A stretch of 64,000 bases of DNA from a virus (IMGVR_UViG_3300037743_000151:1-64000); one strand, 5' to 3'; positions 25,002 through 32,244 are shown, counted from the stretch's first letter. A program made the numbers and translations. Notes: generated from the sequence alone by a model not told the origin.

Positions 25002-25838
25002 GTGCCTACCAAGGGCTCCATCTACACCCTCACCGATCCGCGCGACGGCACCATCAGGTACGTCGGCAAGACCACGAAAACCCTGCCAGAACGTCTCGCT
25101 GGCCATCTCGCGTCGCCGACCAACCCAGCCATGCGGCTGTGGATCAACACGTTGGCATCGCAGCGGATGCTTCCCCTCATCACCCTCGTGACGACCGCGG
25201 CGCAAGAGCGGCTCGGAGCCGAAGAAGAGCGACAGATCAGGAGGCACGCCGGGCGAGGGCATCGACTCTTCAACGCGCCGTACTACCACCAGCATCTGAA
25301 CGATCTCACCGCCCCGTCCGCAACCCGTAAGCCGAACGTCGCCCTTCTGTCTTCCGAGTTTCCGACCTCGCTGCCCGCCTTCTATGAGAAGCAGTACGGG
25401 GCGCTCGCCCGAGTGCGGATCACGGAGAAGCGGACTGCTGTACTCGTGGCCGCCATCGTCGCTCTCCTGGCCGTCGGAGTGGTCGCTTACATGCTCCTGA
25501 GGCTCCGGCTCGTTCGTTTCGTTGCAGCCGCCAGCATGGTCGGGTTGTACCTCTCCGGCGTCGGTTTCGATCGGCTCGTGCGGGAACAGTTGCTGCCCCG
25601 TCTGCCGGTCGAGCGGATCGTGGCCCTCTGGGACGCATACCTGGCACATCCGCTGATGCTGGTTGCGCTGCACGTTCTGGCGGCGATGTACTTCCACGCG
25701 CTGAGCGTGTACGTCGACATGCGGCGGAGCCTCCCGAAGGCGGTCGATGTGGGCCCCCCGCGCGAGTTTGGCGCCGTGGAAATTGCTGCGGCAGCGGCCC
25801 GTGACCTAGATCTGGCGGTTTTGGAAGCGAGGCCCTGA
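25002..25838 (+). CDS. GIY-YIG nuclease domain fused to three transmembrane helices
   Basis: GSIYTLTDPRDGTIRYVGKTTKTLPERLAGH ... EEERQIRRH ... LFN is a GIY-YIG signature. Residues about 150-250 form three hydrophobic helices. Codon third positions are less GC-rich than in neighbouring genes. Confidence 0.65.
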   Translation: MPTKGSIYTLTDPRDGTIRYVGKTTKTLPERLAGHLASPTNPAMRLWINTLASQRMLPLITLVTTAAQERLGAEEERQIRRHAGRGHRLFNAPYYHQHLNDLTAPSATRKPNVALLSSEFPTSLPAFYEKQYGALARVRITEKRTAVLVAAIVALLAVGVVAYMLLRLRLVRFVAAASMVGLYLSGVGFDRLVREQLLPRLPVERIVALWDAYLAHPLMLVALHVLAAMYFHALSVYVDMRRSLPKAVDVGPPREFGAVEIAAAAARDLDLAVLEARP

Positions 25839-26086
25839 TGCCGTGGATCTACGAATGCCGCGCCTGCGACGCCGTGTCACCGGACCAGCACGACCGCAGC
25901 GAGGACGCCGAAGCGGAGCAGGAACAGCACCGCACGGACGCGCACGGCGAGCTTGCGCCGGCCGCGGGGGACGGGGTACGGCGGGTGCACGCGGAGGCCC
26001 GCGGTGACGGCTGTCTACCGGCCGGATCGTGGTGGGCTGTGCTGTTCCTGCTGGCGTTGTTCCTGTCGAACTGCTGGGGCCGCTGA
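25838..26086 (+). CDS. small protein with C-terminal membrane helix
   Basis: ATG overlaps the upstream stop by 1 nt; 82 aa. N-terminal CRAC motif; C-terminal WWAVLFLLALFL. Confidence 0.45.
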   Translation: MPWIYECRACDAVSPDQHDRSEDAEAEQEQHRTDAHGELAPAAGDGVRRVHAEARGDGCLPAGSWWAVLFLLALFLSNCWGR

Positions 26087-26139
26087 CCTGTTTGACAGTG
26101 CTGGCAGACTGGGTTCACGCGCCGGGACCGCTCGGCAAA

Positions 26140-26181
26140 ACGAAGGCCGCCAGACTTTCCCCCCCATCTGGTGGCCTTCGT
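26140..26181. terminator. hairpin terminator (13-14 bp stem) between convergent operons
   Basis: ACGAAGGCCGCCAG pairs with CTGGTGGCCTTCGT (one G-U pair). Confidence 0.55.
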
Positions 26182-26188
26182 CATTCCC

Positions 26189-26212
26189 GCCCCGCTCGAT
26201 TCCGGGCGGGGC
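26189..26212. terminator. second GC hairpin
   Basis: GCCCCGC (26189-26195) pairs with GCGGGGC (26206-26212). Lies 6 nt beyond the stop of the reverse operon. Confidence 0.45.
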
Positions 26213-26217
26213 CTTCG

Positions 26218-26676
26218 TCATGCGGTGGGCTCCTCGTCCAGGTTGAGCGACACCTCTGGCCACGCCTTCCCGCCCGAGGGCATCAGCGTCGCGGCCGCGA
26301 CCCGCCAGCCGCGCATCACCACGGTCATATCGCTGGGGTCATCAGCGAGCGCGGCCAGCTCGGGCTCGAAGGCTGCGCGCCCGCGATGCTGGTAATCCAT
26401 GTCTGCCACGTCTGCGTCGAGCATGCCGACGAGGCGCCCCGTCCGAATCTCGGCCGCGATGCTCTCGGCGTCCGGGTGGTCGTCGTCCATGATTCCGGCG
26501 TAGCGGATCAGGTCGCCGTCGAGCCATACGCGGTCGATGCGGCCGATGCCGGGTTCGCCGGGGCGGATGAGCGGGAGTGGCAGGGGTCGATGGAGTGCGG
26601 GATGTGGGTCGTCAAGTCGGCGCCCGTCGGCCGTGCGGGTGTGGAGGACGGCGAGGACGCCGGTGAAGGTGGTCAT
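26218..26676 (-). CDS. prohead-protease-like (S78-like) domain protein, probably inactive paralogue
   Basis: ATG 26676 (AAGGAG RBS, ATGA overlap). GIGRIDRVWLDGDLIRYAGIMDD...GRLVGMLDADV aligns with residues about 570-700 of the 45652..49023 polyprotein (NVGRIDKIWRDGSLIMGEGVLD...KFLRGVSIDAD). The Ser of GVSID is replaced by Leu. Confidence 0.5.
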   Translation of the reverse strand: MTTFTGVLAVLHTRTADGRRLDDPHPALHRPLPLPLIRPGEPGIGRIDRVWLDGDLIRYAGIMDDDHPDAESIAAEIRTGRLVGMLDADVADMDYQHRGRAAFEPELAALADDPSDMTVVMRGWRVAAATLMPSGGKAWPEVSLNLDEEPTA

Positions 26677-27200
26677 GCGGTGGGCTCCTTGCTGGCCTTC
26701 GGGTCGATCAGGTCGGCGACGCCGCCGTGTTCCCCGCAACAGCCGATGCCGGTGCAATAGTCGTCGCGGCCGGACGCCCGCTGCTTCTCGGCCAGCTCGT
26801 GCGCGTAGTCGTCGAGCGCGTCACCGAACGCCGACGCTGTGTCGGGGTGCTGGTACAGATGCCACAGCCTGTCACGCGCGCTCATCCGCTCATGCTCCTC
26901 GCTACTCACCGGGCGCTCGCGCAGTGCGGCCACCTCAACCCGCAGGTCGTGGATCACCGTGACGAACTGCTCGGTCGTGTGCGTGGCCAAGTGCTCTCGC
27001 GCTGCGGCATCCGTCTGCCGCGCCTCCGTGAGGTAAGCCTGGCGAGCAAACGAGGTCACGTCGTTGACGTCCAGGGCAGCCGGGTCGATGGCGGCGCCCA
27101 GCTCGGCGAGCCGCTCAAGGCTGACTGGTGGGACGTCGTGGTGCCAGCAGCATTCGAGGGGGCACAGGTAGCGGGTCGTACCCGGGACGGTCTCGCTCAT
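26673..27200 (-). CDS. hypothetical Cys-rich protein
   Basis: ATG 27200 (AAGGAG RBS, ATGA overlap); 175 aa; CPLECCWHH and CTGIGCCGEHGG motifs. Confidence 0.55.
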   Translation of the reverse strand: MSETVPGTTRYLCPLECCWHHDVPPVSLERLAELGAAIDPAALDVNDVTSFARQAYLTEARQTDAAAREHLATHTTEQFVTVIHDLRVEVAALRERPVSSEEHERMSARDRLWHLYQHPDTASAFGDALDDYAHELAEKQRASGRDDYCTGIGCCGEHGGVADLIDPKASKEPTA

Positions 27201-27487
27201 CGGGTCTCCTTCTCGCCCGGACGCGCCGCACCCGCGCCGACGGTCGGGTACAGGTCGGGGAAGGCGAAGCACGCGTCGGCCACCAGAGCCATGACCGCCG
27301 AGTCCTTCGGGCATCCCTCCTCCCGGTCACGCATGAGGCCCTGGACGTAGCCCATGACGGCCGCGTCGTGGAAGAGGCCGCGTTCCCGGTCGGTGAGGCT
27401 GGTTAGGAAGGCGTCGACAGCGGTGGCTCGTTCGGCGTCCCGCGCTGCCAGGTAGGTGATCAGGGGGCCGAGCACGGTCTCGCTCAT
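27197..27487 (-). CDS. hypothetical protein
   Basis: ATG 27487 (AAGGAGA RBS, ATGA overlap); 96 aa. Confidence 0.55.
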   Translation of the reverse strand: MSETVLGPLITYLAARDAERATAVDAFLTSLTDRERGLFHDAAVMGYVQGLMRDREEGCPKDSAVMALVADACFAFPDLYPTVGAGAARPGEKETR

Positions 27488-27672
27488 GGGGTGTTCTCCT
27501 TGCTGCTTACCTCCCACGAGAAGCGGATCACGACCGCGCCGTCCGATCGTCGTTCCATTCGGGTTTCAAGTCTTCCGATAGTGAAGGCGTCGTGCTCTTC
27601 CGCCAGGGTGAGCGCCTCGCCGTGGGCGTGGTCCAGGTCTTCCCGCAGCTTCTTCTGTGCTCTCGCGCTCAT
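27484..27672 (-). CDS. hypothetical protein
   Basis: ATG 27672 (GAGGGG RBS, ATGA overlap); 62 aa. Confidence 0.5.
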   Translation of the reverse strand: MSARAQKKLREDLDHAHGEALTLAEEHDAFTIGRLETRMERRSDGAVVIRFSWEVSSKENTP

Positions 27673-27926
27673 GCGGTCTGCCCCTCGCTGCCCACCGGGG
27701 GCTGGTGGGCAAGCACCGCACTCAGGACCGCATCGGCCAACTCGTAGATGCTCACCTGGCCGTCATACTCCGGCTCGCTCGCCCAGGGCTGCGGCGGCAT
27801 CACGCCAGGCATCTGCGCACCCCAGTCCGCTGCGTCCAGTCGTGTGCGGATGGCGTCGGCGATGTCCTGGCGCAGGCGCTCGTGGGGGTCGATCGTGCCG
27901 TCGGCGCGTCGTACTGGCTCGATCAT
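27669..27926 (-). CDS. hypothetical protein
   Basis: ATG 27926 (GAGGAG RBS, ATGA overlap); 85 aa. Confidence 0.5.
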   Translation of the reverse strand: MIEPVRRADGTIDPHERLRQDIADAIRTRLDAADWGAQMPGVMPPQPWASEPEYDGQVSIYELADAVLSAVLAHQPPVGSEGQTA

Positions 27927-28381
27927 CCGCTCGTCTCCTCGCTGCCCACCGGGCGCTCCTCGGGGGACAGGTCGAACCCCGTCGCCTCCCTCAGCCGCGC
28001 CTGCTCCTTCTCCAGCCACGCGTCCATACGCTCGGGCGCCACGTCGTCCCTGACGCTGAAGTCCCCGGCAGGCTCGGTGAACACCGGGCTGGCCGGGCGC
28101 CTGAACTCCGACGGGTCCATGTCGGCGAGGAGCAGCAGGCGTTCCCGGCTCCGCTTGTCCCGCTCCCACCCGTCGAGACCCGCGCTCACGATCTCGTTCA
28201 GCACCCGCTCCGCCGAGTCGTACGGGATGCCCTCGCGCTGCATGGCGGCCTCCATCGCGGCGAGCATGCCGCGCGTCCGCTCGATGTCGTTGTGCATGGT
28301 CGGGTCGTGGTGGTAGGCGTGACGTGCGCCGGGGCGACGCCTGATCTGATCGTCGATGATCCGGTCCGTGAACTCGCTCAT
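27923..28381 (-). CDS. hypothetical protein
   Basis: ATG 28381 (GAGGAG RBS, ATGA overlap); 152 aa. Confidence 0.55.
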   Translation of the reverse strand: MSEFTDRIIDDQIRRRPGARHAYHHDPTMHNDIERTRGMLAAMEAAMQREGIPYDSAERVLNEIVSAGLDGWERDKRSRERLLLLADMDPSEFRRPASPVFTEPAGDFSVRDDVAPERMDAWLEKEQARLREATGFDLSPEERPVGSEETSG

Positions 28382-28968
28382 GCGGTCTGCTCCTCGCTGG
28401 CGGCCGGGCGCTCCGGGGCGGTCGTCTTGCGAAGCCGATCGGCGCGGTCCTTGTAACGCGCGTCCGGCTCGATGCGCTGGGCGGGGACCAGGATCCGATG
28501 GGGTCCGAAGCGACGGTTCAGCTCCCCCCACCGCAGATCGGCGCTGCGGTACCCCGCCATGTGCCGCCACTTCTCACCTTCCCGACGCCAGCGCCGACGG
28601 TTCGGCATGACGGTCACCTCGGTCCCGACGGGAGGCTCAGGCTTGATCTCTGGGCTCAGCCCCTGCTCCGCGAGCGACCTGCGCCACCAGGGGTCACTCA
28701 TGTACGCATCGAACTCCGGGCTGAAAGACGGCGACACCGTGATGTTGGTGTTGCACGGGGTACAGAGCAAGCCACGCACCGCCCACTGCCCCACCGTCGC
28801 GTCGTGGTCAACCACCAAGAAGCCGTGCTTCGTGTCTTGCGGAACCGCGCGACAGATCTGGCATCGGCCTTCGGCATGGGCCAGGAGGCGGTCGTACTCT
28901 GCGCAGTCCATCTGGTACACGCGATGGCTGCATGGGCTCTTGGGCGGCTTGATGTGGTTCATCGTCAT
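28378..28968 (-). CDS. endonuclease VII-family (HNH-type) nuclease
   Basis: GRCQICRAVPQDTKHGFLVVDHDATVGQWAVRGLLCTPCNTNI matches the Endonuclease_7 signature (C.IC...L.VDHDH.TG.VRGLLC..CN). ATGA overlap. Confidence 0.7.
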   Translation of the reverse strand: MTMNHIKPPKSPCSHRVYQMDCAEYDRLLAHAEGRCQICRAVPQDTKHGFLVVDHDATVGQWAVRGLLCTPCNTNITVSPSFSPEFDAYMSDPWWRRSLAEQGLSPEIKPEPPVGTEVTVMPNRRRWRREGEKWRHMAGYRSADLRWGELNRRFGPHRILVPAQRIEPDARYKDRADRLRKTTAPERPAASEEQTA

Positions 28969-29225
28969 CCCAATTCCTGCTCGGCGCGGACTTTGCGTGC
29001 GGCCTCGACGACTTCTCGGTCCGGCCTGTCCGGCAGCTTGGCGCCGGGCTCGCGGATGTACCAGTCGATCAGCTGCCGGATCACGGCGGCGCGCTCGGTG
29101 CCCATGGCCTTGGCGGCGGCGTCGAAGTCGTACCAGGTGTCGCCAATGCGGATCTGGCGGGCGGGGGTCTTCGGCACGTTGGGCGACATGCGCCGACTGT
29201 ATTCGGGTGTAGCTACCTGCGTCAT
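28965..29225 (-). CDS. ribbon-helix-helix (CopG/Arc-like) transcriptional regulator
   Basis: RQIRIGDTWYDFDAAAKAMGTERAAVIRQLIDWYI fits a beta-strand/helix/helix RHH pattern. It is the first gene of the reverse operon. Its 5' end overlaps operator copy 1 (alternative start 29189). Confidence 0.6.
   Translation of the reverse strand: MTQVATPEYSRRMSPNVPKTPARQIRIGDTWYDFDAAAKAMGTERAAVIRQLIDWYIREPGAKLPDRPDREVVEAARKVRAEQELG
29206..29219. promoter_or_regulatory. operator copy 1 (GGTGTAGCTACCTG, 12/14)
   Basis: Imperfect copy of the palindrome GGTGTAGCTACACC. Confidence 0.6.
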
Positions 29226-29239
29226 CTCTGGGCCTCTCT

Positions 29240-29253
29240 GGTGTAGCTACAGA
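29240..29253. promoter_or_regulatory. operator copy 2 (GGTGTAGCTACAGA, 12/14)
   Basis: Lies 34 bp from copy 1. Confidence 0.6.
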
Positions 29254-29273
29254 ATCTCGGTCGAAGTGCTTGC

Positions 29274-29287
29274 GGTGTAGCTACACC
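29274..29287. promoter_or_regulatory. operator copy 3 (GGTGTAGCTACACC, perfect 14-bp palindrome)
   Basis: Lies 34 bp from copy 2. Confidence 0.7.
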
Positions 29288-29296
29288 CAACTGTAC

Positions 29297-29310
29297 GGTG
29301 TAGCTACACC
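29297..29310. promoter_or_regulatory. operator copy 4 (GGTGTAGCTACACC, perfect 14-bp palindrome)
   Basis: Lies 23 bp from copy 3 and 35 nt upstream of ATG 29345. Confidence 0.7.
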
Positions 29311-29344
29311 CCAAGCAAGGGGTCGAACCACCGAGGGGACCCCG

Positions 29345-29728
29345 ATGACTGCCGCCACCCGCACCCGCCGCAACACCCTCCGCACCGCCACCCGCACCAA
29401 CCGCGCCCTCGGCTACCGCACCCTCTCCGGCCACATCGCCGCGCTCGTCGACCAGGGCAAGCTGATTCGCACCAGCACCTTCCTCGACCGCATCGGCGGT
29501 GGCGACCTCCCCGACGGCCAGCAGTCCTGGTACGGCCGCCACGCCAAGAAGGCCTACAAGGCACAGCACGGCGCCGACCCCGTCCGCGTCTGGGCGCAGC
29601 ACCGCACCACCGGACGCTGGATCCACGTCCACGTCTACGGCCCCATCGACGAAGCCCTGTACGCCGGCCTCCGCTCCTACAAGGCCACCCGCCACCTCCT
29701 CGCCTCCTCGTACACGGAGGCCGCCTAG
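29345..29728 (+). CDS. hypothetical basic protein
   Basis: ATG 29345 after GAGGGGA RBS; 127 aa. First gene transcribed rightward from the operator region. Confidence 0.55.
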   Translation: MTAATRTRRNTLRTATRTNRALGYRTLSGHIAALVDQGKLIRTSTFLDRIGGGDLPDGQQSWYGRHAKKAYKAQHGADPVRVWAQHRTTGRWIHVHVYGPIDEALYAGLRSYKATRHLLASSYTEAA

Positions 29729-29782
29729 ACCAACTCCACGACGCAGCAGACGACTCAGATCGCCCCCTCCGAAAGGCCCGCC

Positions 29783-30226
29783 ATGCGCTTCCAGACCTGC
29801 CGCCGCCACCCCAAGTCTGCCCCCTTCATGGCCACCTGCTCCGGCTGCGCCCAGGAGCTGTACGACATCGAGCAGGCCAACCGCGCCCGCGCCGAAGCCG
29901 GACGCATCGCCAAGGTCGCCCATGCCCTGGGGTTCCGCAACGGCTGGAAGCCGGACCCCCGCCTCGGCGAGACCGCCACCAGCCTCACCACGTGGTCCCA
30001 GCACGAGCTGAACGACCTGTACGAGCACGTCGGCGGCACGGTCACCGCCCGCGTCGTGCAGCGCACCGGCTCCGACTCGACCTGGCAGGCCACCGAGATC
30101 ACCCTCACCGTCGACGTGCCCGGCGTCGGCCCGGTGACGGTCTCCACCGACTGGTACGAGGAGTACGGCGGCCGCGACCTGCCGCTGATGCAGGCCATCC
30201 CCGACGTCGAGCTGATCGCCGCCTGA
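29783..30226 (+). CDS. hypothetical protein
   Basis: ATG after GAAAGG; 147 aa. The start context GAAAGGCCCGCCATGC is repeated at 30353. Confidence 0.55.
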   Translation: MRFQTCRRHPKSAPFMATCSGCAQELYDIEQANRARAEAGRIAKVAHALGFRNGWKPDPRLGETATSLTTWSQHELNDLYEHVGGTVTARVVQRTGSDSTWQATEITLTVDVPGVGPVTVSTDWYEEYGGRDLPLMQAIPDVELIAA

Positions 30227-30239
30227 TCCATGCAGCAGA

Positions 30240-30266
30240 AGGCCCCGGTCCACCGAGCCGGGGCCT
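30240..30266 (+). terminator. GC hairpin terminator
   Basis: AGGCCCCGG (30240-30248) pairs with CCGGGGCCT (30258-30266). Confidence 0.5.
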
Positions 30267-30352
30267 CACCACCGTCCTCTACCCCGTCGATCTCCCCATC
30301 GCCGCCCGCGTCCAGCTCCTCGCCGACGCGCTCGCTGCTTGAAAGGCCCGCC

Positions 30353-30541
30353 ATGCTCACCCAGACCACCGCGCTGCCCACCGCTCCCGCCAAGCTGGCC
30401 GACCTGCTCCTCGCCCCCACCGCCGACACCAACGCCCTTCACCGGCAGCTTGCCGACCAGATCGGCGGCCGGCCCGCCCGCCAGATCCTGGCCGCCGCCC
30501 ACCAAATCGCAGCCGACCGACTGTGGAACGCAACCGCCTGA
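30353..30541 (+). CDS. hypothetical protein (62 aa)
   Basis: ATG 30353 in the 30230..30541 ORF after GAAAGG. Confidence 0.45.
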   Translation: MLTQTTALPTAPAKLADLLLAPTADTNALHRQLADQIGGRPARQILAAAHQIAADRLWNATA

Positions 30542-30551
30542 CCCCGCTCTA

Positions 30552-30580
30552 CTGGGGCCGTCGACCCGTCGCGGCCCCAG
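30552..30580 (+). terminator. GC hairpin terminator
   Basis: CTGGGGCCG (30552-30560) pairs with CGGCCCCAG (30572-30580). Confidence 0.5.
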
Positions 30581-30601
30581 CCTCGAACAAGGGAGAAACC
30601 C

Positions 30602-30874
30602 ATGTACCGCATCGCCATCGTCCGCAAAGGCCAGGCCGCAGACCGCCGCACCTGCGACGGCCGCGGCGAACTCCGCGACATCGTCTGGGAAGTCATCCGC
30701 GCCGAAGGCAGCACCATCACCGACGCCGACCATGGTCCGCTCATGCAGCTCATCGGCAACGCCCGCAACCTCGCGGACAACGAGGGGTTCGCCGCACTGG
30801 AGTTCGGGACCACCGGGATTACCATCCGTCCCGGCCCGATTCCCGCGCCGACGGTCCCCGGCGGCGGATTCTAA
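30602..30874 (+). CDS. hypothetical protein
   Basis: ATG after AGGGAGA RBS; 90 aa. Confidence 0.55.
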   Translation: MYRIAIVRKGQAADRRTCDGRGELRDIVWEVIRAEGSTITDADHGPLMQLIGNARNLADNEGFAALEFGTTGITIRPGPIPAPTVPGGGF

Positions 30875-30917
30875 CCAGCCGCACCCACCACCCGCCCGAC
30901 CACCAAGGAGAACCCGT

Positions 30918-31808
30918 ATGGGACGCGAAATCCGCCGAGTACCCCTCACCTTCGATTGGCCCCTCAACAAGGTCTGGGAGGGCTTCCTCAGCCCCGCCTC
31001 CCTCGACGGGGAAAAGTGCCCCGACTGCGAGGACGGCTACTCACCCCAAGCCGACAACCTGCACGCCCTCTGGTACGGACACATTCCCTTCGACCCCACC
31101 AGCACCGGATCCACCCCGTGGCGCGCCGACACCCCGGCAATCCGGGCCCGAGCCGAACGCAACGTGGCCGACGCCCCGGACTACTACGGAAGCGGAGAGG
31201 GTGCCATCGCCCGCGAGGCGCAGCGGCTGGCCGACCACTTCAACAGCGGATGGCTACACCACATCTCTCAAGACGACGTTGACGCGCTCATCGCGGCCGG
31301 GCGACTCCACGACTTCACCCACACGTGGACCCGCGAGGACGGCTGGCAGCCCGAGGACCCGCCCGTCACGCCCACCGCCGCCCAGGTCAACGAATGGTCC
31401 CTGTCCGGCTTCGGCCACGACGCCATCAACGCGAGCGTTGCGGTCAGCGCCCGCTGCGAGCGTGAGGGCGTCAACCCGACCTGCCAGACCTGCGACGGCC
31501 ACGCCACAATCGAGGCTTACCCCGGCCAGCGCGCCGACGCCGAAGCATGGGAGCCCACCGACCCGCCCGCAGGTGACGGCTGGCAGCTGTGGGAGACCGT
31601 GTCCGAGGGCTCCCCGGTCAGCCCCGTGTTCGCCACCGCCGACGAGCTGGCCGCGTGGATGTCCGACCCGGAGCGCGGCGACCGCTGGGTCCCGGCTGCC
31701 GTGGCCGCGAATTTCATCGCCGACGGCTGGGCGCCAAGCTTTGTAGGAACCGCCAGTGCAGGTTTCGTGTCGGGTGTCGAGTGGGTCGGCACCCAAGACG
31801 ACGCCTGA
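30918..31808 (+). CDS. hypothetical protein
   Basis: ATG 30918 after AAGGAGA RBS; 296 aa; CPDCEDG and CQTCDGH zinc-like motifs. Confidence 0.6.
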   Translation: MGREIRRVPLTFDWPLNKVWEGFLSPASLDGEKCPDCEDGYSPQADNLHALWYGHIPFDPTSTGSTPWRADTPAIRARAERNVADAPDYYGSGEGAIAREAQRLADHFNSGWLHHISQDDVDALIAAGRLHDFTHTWTREDGWQPEDPPVTPTAAQVNEWSLSGFGHDAINASVAVSARCEREGVNPTCQTCDGHATIEAYPGQRADAEAWEPTDPPAGDGWQLWETVSEGSPVSPVFATADELAAWMSDPERGDRWVPAAVAANFIADGWAPSFVGTASAGFVSGVEWVGTQDDA

Positions 31809-31854
31809 CCCCGCCGTACGCTCGAACCGCCACCACGCAACCAGGAGAACCCGC

Positions 31855-32244
31855 ATGACCGACACCCGCTCATTCGCCCTCGCCGACGTCCTCTCCATCA
31901 CCACCCCCGCCCTACTCTCCCGCCGCGGCATGGACGGACTCGGCGACCTCCTCAACTACATGACCGGCGACACCCTCAAGACATGGCAGTTCCTCCGCGC
32001 CGCCGACGAATGCACCGCCGCCCTCTGCGCCCAACACCCCTTCCTCGCCGACCTCCAGCCCCCGCAGGGCCTCGACAAGCCGGACCTCTACGCGTGGCTC
32101 GTCGAAGCCGAACGCACCCACGGCGGCCTGATCCGGGTGACGCCACTCGCCGACTGGCAGCACCAGGACCCGAGCACCGAGCTCCTCGACCGGATCCACC
32201 TCGCGCGACTGCGCACCACCGAGTCCGAGCCGCCGCAGGACTGA
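31855..32244 (+). CDS. hypothetical protein
   Basis: ATG 31855 after CAGGAGA RBS; 129 aa. Confidence 0.55.
   Translation: MTDTRSFALADVLSITTPALLSRRGMDGLGDLLNYMTGDTLKTWQFLRAADECTAALCAQHPFLADLQPPQGLDKPDLYAWLVEAERTHGGLIRVTPLADWQHQDPSTELLDRIHLARLRTTESEPPQD

Noticed and set aside
26015-26263. ORF starting at the vestigial junction ATG 26221 downstream of the reverse operon.
   Set aside because: It runs through both terminator hairpins and overlaps the convergent gene 25838..26086, and its translation is low-complexity. I interpret it as a relic junction rather than a ninth gene.
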